From: a virus
Taxonomy: Duplodnaviria; Heunggongvirae; Uroviricota; Caudoviricetes
Direction: 5' to 3' (one strand)
Virus record (IMG/VR): IMGVR_UViG_2711768066_000004
Coordinates: 1 to 24,518 of that record
Length of the DNA stretch: 24,518 bases
Shown here: piece by piece, positions 18,513 through 24,518 of the stretch
Position numbering within the stretch: the first letter of the stretch is position 1
How the letters are laid out: each line of letters opens with the position of its first letter
Position numbers and translations under genes: made by a program
Notes under the pieces: model-generated
What the model saw: only the letters and a program-made list of their open reading frames with translations
The model's database searches: none
Told to the model about the DNA's origin: nothing

Positions 18513-19087
18513 CAAACGATGATTACATCCGTCTGTTGTCGGCACTGTTGCCCCCCGGTCCGGCGTGGTCAGCCAGCGATCCGGCGATTGCCGGTGCGGC
18601 ACCGTCATTAACCCGTGCTCATCAGCGTGCGGATGCCCTGATGCGGGAGCTGGATCCGCGCACCACCACCGAACTGATAAACCGCTGGGAGCGTCTGTGC
18701 GGCCTGCCGGATGAATGTATTCCGGCAGGGACGCAGACCCTTCGCCAGCGTCAGCAACGGCTGGATGCGAAGGTTAACCTGGCGGGTGGCATCAATGAGG
18801 ATTTTTACCTTGCGCAGCTTGCTGCCCTGGGCAGACCAGATGCCACCATCACGCGATACGACAAAAGCACGTTCACCTGCTCATCGGCCTGTACTGACGC
18901 GGTGAATGCGCCGGAATGGCGGTATTACTGGCAGGTCAATATGCCAGCTGCCACCAACACCACCTGGATGACATGTGGCGATCCCTGCGATTCCGCACTG
19001 CGTATCTGGGGGGACACCGTTATCGAGTGCGTGCTTAACAAACTCTGCCCGTCGCATACCTACGTAATTTTTAAATATCCGGAGTAA
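18503..19087 (+). CDS. Tail protein (Mu gp48 / YmfQ-like)
   Basis: 194 aa; precedes the tail fibre gene as in Mu and e14. Confidence 0.6.
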   Translation: MDVTNDDYIRLLSALLPPGPAWSASDPAIAGAAPSLTRAHQRADALMRELDPRTTTELINRWERLCGLPDECIPAGTQTLRQRQQRLDAKVNLAGGINEDFYLAQLAALGRPDATITRYDKSTFTCSSACTDAVNAPEWRYYWQVNMPAATNTTWMTCGDPCDSALRIWGDTVIECVLNKLCPSHTYVIFKYPE

Positions 19088-19090
19088 TCC

Positions 19091-20011
19091 ATGCATCGTA
19101 TAGACACGAAAACCGCGCAGAAGGATAAGTTCGGCGCGGGTAAGAACGGTTTTACCCGTGGTAACCCCCAGACCGGCACGCCTGCCACCGATCTGGATGA
19201 TGACTACTTTGACATGTTGCAGGAGGAGCTCTGCAGCGTGGTGGAGGCATCCGGTGCCAGCCTGGAGAAGGGGCGGCATGACCAGCTGCTTACCGCGCTT
19301 CGTGCGCTGCTGTTAAGTCGCAAAAATCCGTTTGGCGATATCAAATCGGACGGCACGGTGAAAACGGCTCTTCAAAACCTTGGTTTGGGAGATACAAGCG
19401 GATACGTGGGACGCCGGCTGAGTACCCGGGCTTTCGCGTCATCAGGTACGTATACCCCATCACCAGAAACAAAACGGATCAGGGTCACAATAACGGGCGG
19501 CGGTGGCGGTGGCTGCCAGGCTATATCCAGTAACGAAACGTTTTTCGGTGCTGGCGGTGGGGCCGGAGGGACAGTAATCACCATACTGACCCCGACACAG
19601 AATAGTTATCCTGTCACTATCGGCGCAGGTGGGGCCGGCGGCGTTGGTGCGACGAACGGCCTCAAGGGCGGTGATAGCTCGTTCGGATCGGTAATAGCCC
19701 CTGGTGGTGAAGGCGGCGGAAAAGTAGGAGTCACAAACACAAACGGCGGTAACGGAGGCGTACCGAATATTGGCGATATCCGCATCACTGGTGGAGATGG
19801 AGGCGACGGTCAGTCCGGGAATATCAGCGTCAGCGGTGAAGGCGGTGCATCGTACTGGGGAGGCGGTGGACGTGCAGGCGCTGGCGGTGGCGTTAGAGGC
19901 AGGGCATTTGGTTCAGGCGGAGGTGGTGCATACGATGCAGGTTATAGCGGAACCAGTATGACGGGCGGGAAAGGTGCTGATGGGGTTTGTATTATCGAGG
20001 AGTTTGCATAA
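19091..20011 (+). CDS. Tail fibre protein: constant N-terminal part (to about residue 97) fused to the currently expressed variable glycine-rich C-terminal part
   Basis: 306 aa; GGAG SD; the left crossover site lies in-frame inside the gene at the NLGLG motif; C-terminal two-thirds is Gly-rich ([21 protein letters not shown]). Confidence 0.8.
   Translation: MHRIDTKTAQKDKFGAGKNGFTRGNPQTGTPATDLDDDYFDMLQEELCSVVEASGASLEKGRHDQLLTALRALLLSRKNPFGDIKSDGTVKTALQNLGLGDTSGYVGRRLSTRAFASSGTYTPSPETKRIRVTITGGGGGGCQAISSNETFFGAGGGAGGTVITILTPTQNSYPVTIGAGGAGGVGATNGLKGGDSSFGSVIAPGGEGGGKVGVTNTNGGNGGVPNIGDIRITGGDGGDGQSGNISVSGEGGASYWGGGGRAGAGGGVRGRAFGSGGGGAYDAGYSGTSMTGGKGADGVCIIEEFA
19371..19392. other. Left site-specific inversion crossover site (hix/gix-like), TTCAAAACCTTGGTTTGGGAGA
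   Basis: Contains the palindrome AAACCTTGGTTT; an imperfect inverted copy is present at 21158..21180; resembles the Hin/Gin-family site consensus as recalled. Confidence 0.7.
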
Positions 20012-20421
20012 TGAATGCGTCATATGCAGTTATTGAAAATGGGATGGTTGTGAATGTCATTGTCTGGGATGGCGAGGATGAATTCACTGTGCCGGATAAT
20101 CTGCAGCTCATTAATATTTCTGATATCAGTGAGCAGCCCGGAATCGGCTGGGCGTATTCAGACGGGGTATTTACTGCGCCGCTCCCTCCGGAACGTTCTC
20201 ATGATGAACTGGTAGCTGACGCTGAACAGAAAAAACAGTCGTTGATAGACGCAGCAATGGTCAATATCAGCGTGATTCAGTTAAAGCTGCAGGCCGGGCG
20301 GAAGCTGACGCAGGCAGAAACCACCCGACTTAACGCCGTGCTGGATTACATTGACGCGGTGACGGCAACAGATACCAGCACTGCGCCGGATGTCATCTGG
20401 CCTGAACTGCCGGAGGCGTAG
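20011..20421 (+). CDS. Tail fibre assembly protein (currently expressed orientation)
   Basis: 136 aa; TAATG stop/start overlap with the fibre gene; GAGGAG SD; C-terminus (TSTAPDVIWPELPEA) resembles that of the convergent paralogue. Confidence 0.75.
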   Translation: MNASYAVIENGMVVNVIVWDGEDEFTVPDNLQLINISDISEQPGIGWAYSDGVFTAPLPPERSHDELVADAEQKKQSLIDAAMVNISVIQLKLQAGRKLTQAETTRLNAVLDYIDAVTATDTSTAPDVIWPELPEA

Positions 20422-20836
20422 GCCATTCAATATCTGGAGCACTGGAGGTATCAACCAGTTCCAGTGCGTCCAGATAATCCAGCCACAAATTATATTGCAC
20501 CAGTTCCTCACCTTTCAGACGACCAATTGATGCTTTACCTGGCCATTGTTTACTGTTGATGTATTCGTTGGCCTGATTAATCAATTGCTGCTTTTTAGTT
20601 TCGGCTGATGCAATTTGTTCTTCACGTGTTGGTGGAGGAATATCTACCCATGCAGGCAGTCCATCTTCTCCGACACATCTGTATTTTCCTTCTGGTGGTG
20701 TATCATAGAAATATTCCCTGAAAATTACTTCGTCTATATCAACACCTTTTTCTTCAGGCCACTCACCTTTTTCAACATAAAGAGACTTAAGTTCGTAAGG
20801 ATATGCCAGGTTGTTTACGTACAGATATTTCATCAT
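20393..20836 (-). CDS. Tail fibre assembly protein, alternative copy (expressed after inversion)
   Basis: 147 aa; convergent with and overlapping the other assembly gene by 29 bp; TAATG coupling to the silent fibre cassette. Confidence 0.7.
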   Translation of the reverse strand: MMKYLYVNNLAYPYELKSLYVEKGEWPEEKGVDIDEVIFREYFYDTPPEGKYRCVGEDGLPAWVDIPPPTREEQIASAETKKQQLINQANEYINSKQWPGKASIGRLKGEELVQYNLWLDYLDALELVDTSSAPDIEWPTPPAVQAR

Positions 20837-21210
20837 TACCAGCCCTTAGCGAAAAACGCACCACCTTCAAGACCATAATTGCAGTGAGCTATGAAGCCGG
20901 TAGTGCTCCAGTTGGTCGCCCCCCACATATTCCCACCCCCGAAACCACCATCGCACACAATTACAATGCCCGGTGTCTGTGTAAATGGAATCGGGAATGA
21001 AACATTGGCGGATACAGGCCCGTGTTCACTAGGAAAACTAATTCGTCCCCACTGTTCAATTGAACCATCTGGCATTTTTCGCCAGCCTGAACCTGATGCA
21101 TATGATGACATATCAGGTATCTGATTTTCCCCAGTTCCCACATTCCGTTTTGCCGCTTCTCCCAAACCAACGTTTATGAAGATGCAGAAATAACGAGCAA
21201 ATGGCATCAT
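20836..21210 (-). CDS. Silent alternative tail-fibre C-terminal cassette (promoterless in this orientation; only the part from about 21170 down to 20836 would be fused to the constant region after inversion)
   Basis: Minus-strand frame reads ...[20 protein letters not shown]... across the right crossover site, paralleling ...[13 protein letters not shown]... in the expressed gene; the Met at 21210 lies beyond the site and is probably not a native start. Confidence 0.6.
   Translation of the reverse strand: MMPFARYFCIFINVGLGEAAKRNVGTGENQIPDMSSYASGSGWRKMPDGSIEQWGRISFPSEHGPVSANVSFPIPFTQTPGIVIVCDGGFGGGNMWGATNWSTTGFIAHCNYGLEGGAFFAKGW
21158..21180. other. Right site-specific inversion crossover site (hix/gix-like), inverted copy
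   Basis: TCTCCCAAACCAACGTTTATGAA is the reverse complement of the left site with about 2 mismatches; located about 57 bp upstream of the invertase start. Confidence 0.7.
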
Positions 21211-21236
21211 TCCTGCTTTTGTCAGGGGGAGCTACC

Positions 21237-21365
21237 ATGCTTATTGGCTATGTACGCGTATCAACAAATGACCAGAACACCGATCTACAACGTAATGCGT
21301 TGAGCTGTGCAGGATGCGAGCTGATTTTTGAAGACAAGATAAGCGGTACAAAGTCCGAAACCTAG
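21237..21365 (+). pseudogene. pin: Truncated Pin/Gin/Hin-family serine DNA invertase (first 41 codons only)
   Basis: MLIGYVRVSTNDQNTDLQRNALSCAGCELIFEDKISGTKSE matches the N-terminus of Pin/Gin invertases as recalled, then diverges (T, stop) exactly where composition switches to low GC. A full-length invertase is about 185-190 aa. Confidence 0.85.
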
Positions 21366-21412
21366 GGCTGACACTGCTGTTCTTGTTGCAAATTAAAGGA
21401 TTTAATAGTGAG

Positions 21413-21440
21413 TAGCGGCCTTACTAATGTAAAGCCGCTA
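21413..21440. terminator. Hairpin (12-bp stem with 1 mismatch, TAAT loop) between the truncated invertase and the convergent DUF262/DUF1524 gene; probable terminator of the latter
   Basis: TAGCGGCCTTAC-TAAT-GTAAAGCCGCTA, 21 nt beyond the minus-strand stop codon, flanked by A/T-rich sequence. Confidence 0.45.
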
Positions 21441-21460
21441 TAATCATTTTATTAATTGCA

Positions 21461-23410
21461 TTAATCGTGTTTTGGCCATACTTTCAATGCAATTTCCCCC
21501 AACTTTTTACCCCGCTCCAGGATTTCATCCTCATCCCATTTATCCTTAACTATAAGTGGAATGTTCAGTCGTAGATTGGTGTGGACGATGAGAGCATCAC
21601 GTTTTTTCAGAAATACAGCATTCTGAACAGAACGGTTTACGCTAAGGTTAAGCAAAGTTAGATTTCCCAACGTAGCTATCGCTTGTTGCCGTTTCCTTAC
21701 CAGTAGCTGTTCAGGGGTAAGATCGGTTCCAGACAGAACAATTTGGTTCAATACCGTAGCATCTGAATTTGTCACCATATGACCATTTTCGAGAGGCCAA
21801 CAGGAATACCAACTTTGAGGCATAAGATGATCGATATCGAGGTTAGAAAGATTTGGAACATCAGGCTTCTCTGTCTTCACTTGGCGACAAAGTTCTCTTT
21901 CAAGTTCCGTTAACATTGAGCGCATTTTCGGTGCGTCGAGCCTGCCAGGATAAAGTGGAGCATTGATGCAAGCGTTGAGAAATTCTGAGTCCCCAGGCCA
22001 ACGTGAGGCTTCGCCATTTAAGCTATTGAGGATATTACGTAACTCAACACTGGAAATTTCCGTTTTAGACAAGTGCCGCAATACATTCATAAATACATTG
22101 TTGTAATTCTTTGGCGTCAGGCCACATACGGCTCTTCGTACTACGTAGGAGACAAGATCATTATACATGGCTGCTTTCTCATCATCGGCGATGTTAGCTA
22201 TCGAAATGAACAAAGCAAGCGGATAAAGTGTCGTCACATCATAGGCTGCGATGCGATGTCCAAAGTGTGAGATGGGGGTTGTGCCAAAACCACCAACCAA
22301 TTCTTTATATTGTGATGCATATTGTTTGAGGCGCTTTACTTGCAGATCTGCTCGTTGTGAAGGCAAGTCCTTACTTACATAATCACGATACTCATTGTAA
22401 AGACGAGACAGATCGATTTCACGTTGCCTTTCTGATTGCAATGTCGCATGCACTAGCCACTCCATGCGTGGTTTATTAATACGACCACGACGTTGTCTTT
22501 CTGACCAGTACGTATCTTCAAAGATCTTCCACTCATTCTCATATAATTCAACAGCATTAATATTTTCATGTTCAGCGCACATAAAAATATAATTGCGAAT
22601 AAGATCTGTGGCATGAAGTTCCGCACCTCTGCCATTTAATGTTTCAAAAATTATTTGAGCGTCATCTTCAGCCTCGAGAAATATGCTTACTAGTTTCAGA
22701 TCCGTCAAGACAGCCTCAATTAATGCTACAGCATTTTCTCGTGGTGAGTGATTTTCTATTTTAATCCACTTTATAAAGGCTTCAGTAAAAAAACATAATG
22801 CTTCTAGTGATGGCGGGTGATTAAAATGCTTACGCAACGTACCATGCTGCGTGAAACTATCAGAGAATACATTCCGGATATCGTCAATATTTTCAACATT
22901 AAAACTTTGAATAAAATGAGTTTGATCCCGAAAAGTTGGCCACAGTTTGAAGCGCTCTACTTCTTTATTTCGCATTGTGTCTTCGTTTGAGTTTTTCAGG
23001 CAAGACGAAATGAGAGGCCCTAAGTTGGAAAGATCTGTCGCACGTAATGCTAATCGGATGGATGCCAGAACATATTGAAGAGTGGTCAATCGTTGCTGAC
23101 CATCAATAATATGTATGGAATCTACACCTAATAATCCTTTTTTTGGTTGAGGTTCCAGTACCACTGCACCAAGGAAATGGGGAGTTGGTTTTGTACCCGA
23201 GAGCCGGGATTGTGCTTTCTCTAGGATATCCTCCAGTAGAGCTGACCATTGGTTTCGCTGAGTCCATACATAGGCACGTTGATAGAATGGAACGCAGTAT
23301 TGTCGGCGGTCTTGAAAAAGTTGTTGGACAGTTAGCGTCTCGGATTTCATGGTATACCTGTAAGCGACATTGTACAAAAGTGAGGAGTTAATCTGATTTA
23401 GAACAATCAT
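21461..23410 (-). CDS. DUF262/DUF1524 fusion protein, GmrSD-family type IV (modification-dependent) restriction endonuclease-like
   Basis: N-terminal DUF262 hallmarks (VPFYQRAYVWTQRNQW and IIDGQQRLTTLQ); C-terminal DUF1524/His-Me-finger hallmarks (LDIDHLMPQSW, GNLTLLNLSVNRSVQN). Low GC. Likely true start is Met21 at 23350 (AGG 6 nt upstream and a TACAAT -10-like hexamer further up) rather than 23410. Confidence 0.8.
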   Translation of the reverse strand: MIVLNQINSSLLYNVAYRYTMKSETLTVQQLFQDRRQYCVPFYQRAYVWTQRNQWSALLEDILEKAQSRLSGTKPTPHFLGAVVLEPQPKKGLLGVDSIHIIDGQQRLTTLQYVLASIRLALRATDLSNLGPLISSCLKNSNEDTMRNKEVERFKLWPTFRDQTHFIQSFNVENIDDIRNVFSDSFTQHGTLRKHFNHPPSLEALCFFTEAFIKWIKIENHSPRENAVALIEAVLTDLKLVSIFLEAEDDAQIIFETLNGRGAELHATDLIRNYIFMCAEHENINAVELYENEWKIFEDTYWSERQRRGRINKPRMEWLVHATLQSERQREIDLSRLYNEYRDYVSKDLPSQRADLQVKRLKQYASQYKELVGGFGTTPISHFGHRIAAYDVTTLYPLALFISIANIADDEKAAMYNDLVSYVVRRAVCGLTPKNYNNVFMNVLRHLSKTEISSVELRNILNSLNGEASRWPGDSEFLNACINAPLYPGRLDAPKMRSMLTELERELCRQVKTEKPDVPNLSNLDIDHLMPQSWYSCWPLENGHMVTNSDATVLNQIVLSGTDLTPEQLLVRKRQQAIATLGNLTLLNLSVNRSVQNAVFLKKRDALIVHTNLRLNIPLIVKDKWDEDEILERGKKLGEIALKVWPKHD

Positions 23411-24223
23411 TTTATGTTGCTATGATACAACGTATTTGTTACCGGTTAAGTAAAAAACGCGTCTGAACGCTGACGTTTTAGGGCTTTACTAGTTATTCTT
23501 TCTTATCTCTTCATCATCCCATCGGCATCCTGTCGAGGGGTTGTTGACTTGTTGTTATTTATTTTGTTTAGGCGCTGTTTAATTATTATTGATGGGACTG
23601 GTGGTGAGAGGTGATTGAAACCGCAGACAGGTCGTATGCAAGACGTGCTGCGGTTGGCTGGTAAATGTTAGATAGTGCGAGTATTGAATGATTTCTAGCC
23701 GTTATTGATTTTACGTATTTTTGTATGAGAGGATTTGCATCTCCTGCCACCGACCCTCCATGACTTTACGCCACTGTCTCTAGGGCTGCTATGTGCCAGG
23801 AGCAGCCATTGCTAAGTCCATCCTGTATTGTGCAGGTCAGCTCGTTTTTAAAGAGTCCGGCCACCATCTTACTGGTACAGACACCATATACTTTGTGACG
23901 GTCAGGCTACATATGCACAACTCAACTTATTCATCTATTTTTTGCTTTAGCATGTCAGTGTTGCTTTCTCGTCGGCGGGTGAGCGGTGACCTGACCTGTC
24001 GATAAAGGAACGTAGCACGTTTTATGCAACACCCGCATGCGGCAGAAAATTATTGCCGAACGTTTACCCCTGTCAACAAGCTTTACTTTCTGAGGCGCGC
24101 CAGCCCGCGAGGAAAACAATCTGAACATCAAACAATTAATGACACAAGAAATACGATTAAAGATTTTTTTGTGCATGCCGATAGTGCTTTTTTAAAAGGA
24201 GAAATCTATGTCTGTCACAATTC

Positions 24224-24518
24224 GGTGATGCTGCCAACTTACTGATTTAGTGTATGATGGTGTTTTTGAGGTGCTCCAGTGGCTTCTGTTTCTATCAGCT
24301 GTCCCTCCTGTTCAGCTACTGACGGGGTGGTGCGTAACGGCAAAAGCACTGCCGGACATCAGCGCTATCTCTGCTCTCACTGCCGTAAAACATGGCAACT
24401 GCAGTTCACTTACACCGCTTCTCAACCCGGTACGCACCAGAAAATCATTGATATGGCCATGAATGGCGTCGGATGCCGGGCAACCGCCCGCATTATGGGC
24501 GTTGGCCTCAACACGATT
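24224..24518 (+). mobile_element. IS1: IS1 insertion sequence, partial copy (left terminal 295 bp; remainder outside the window)
   Basis: Begins with the IS1 terminal inverted repeat GGTGATGCTGCCAACTTACTGAT at 24224; exact inverted duplicate of the left-edge copy. Confidence 0.93.
24279..24518 (+). CDS. insA: IS1 InsA, N-terminal 80 codons (partial, runs off the window); GTG start
   Basis: Same translation as the left-edge copy; the track ORF 24250..24462 is an overlapping alternative frame. Confidence 0.85.
   Translation, partial: MASVSISCPSCSATDGVVRNGKSTAGHQRYLCSHCRKTWQLQFTYTASQPGTHQKIIDMAMNGVGCRATARIMGVGLNTI

Larger units (their letters stand above)
19381..21169. other. Invertible tail-fibre segment (about 1.79 kb, e14 P-region / Mu G-segment-like) carrying the variable fibre C-termini and two tail-fibre assembly genes in opposite orientation
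   Basis: Bounded by inverted crossover sites; both the plus-strand fibre and the minus-strand cassette share the GGTTTGGGA (G-L-G) core in the same codon phase, so inversion keeps the frame. Confidence 0.7.

Noticed and set aside
19372-19961. Small ORFs on both strands inside the glycine-rich fibre region (19372..19584 -, 19606..19788 -, 19770..19961 +)
   Set aside because: Artefacts of the Gly/Pro/Ala-rich low-complexity coding sequence of the tail fibre gene; no independent start signals.
21362-23788. 9-bp direct repeat CTAGGGCTG at 21362..21370 and 23780..23788, considered as a possible target-site duplication of an inserted element
   Set aside because: The sequence after the right-hand repeat does not continue the pin reading frame (it translates to unrelated sequence rather than the expected invertase continuation), so the repeat does not bracket a simple insertion into pin; most likely chance.
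23793-24245. Three 70-73-aa ORFs in the low-GC region upstream of the right IS1 (23793..24005 +, 23955..24176 -, 24024..24245 +)
   Set aside because: No ribosome-binding sites, mutually overlapping, odd amino-acid composition, and one runs into IS1; treated as non-coding. The region is instead flagged as possible regulatory/leader sequence.
1-24518. CRISPR arrays, tRNA or rRNA genes
   Set aside because: No regularly spaced direct repeats and no cloverleaf-like or rRNA-like segments were seen on inspection; the only structured repeats are the inversion sites, the terminator-like hairpins and the IS1 ends.

Overview
This window is a GC-rich block of phage late/structural genes, all on the + strand and tightly coupled by overlapping stop/start codons, flanked at both edges by partial IS1 copies in inverted orientation (1..296 and 24224..24518). 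The head genes are HK97-type (HNH endonuclease, P27-family small terminase, large terminase, portal, prohead protease, major capsid, connectors). The tail is Mu-type in gene order (sheath, tube, frameshifted chaperone pair, tape measure, gpN-like, baseplate P/gp45/gp46/gp47/gp48, tail fibre, tail fibre assembly). It ends in an e14/Mu G-segment-like invertible tail-fibre cassette with two hix/gix-like crossover sites. No integrase, repressor, replication or lysis genes are present in the window. Three low-GC insertions carry the accessory cargo: (1) two small minus-strand ORFs between the left IS1 and the HNH gene, the distal one running into IS1; (2) a minus-strand moron encoding a membrane-anchored protein between the tape-measure and gpN-like genes; (3) a 649-aa DUF262/DUF1524 (GmrSD-family type IV restriction-like) gene placed exactly where the Pin/Gin-type invertase gene is cut off after codon 41. 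All family assignments rest on motifs and gene order read by eye, with no database search run.
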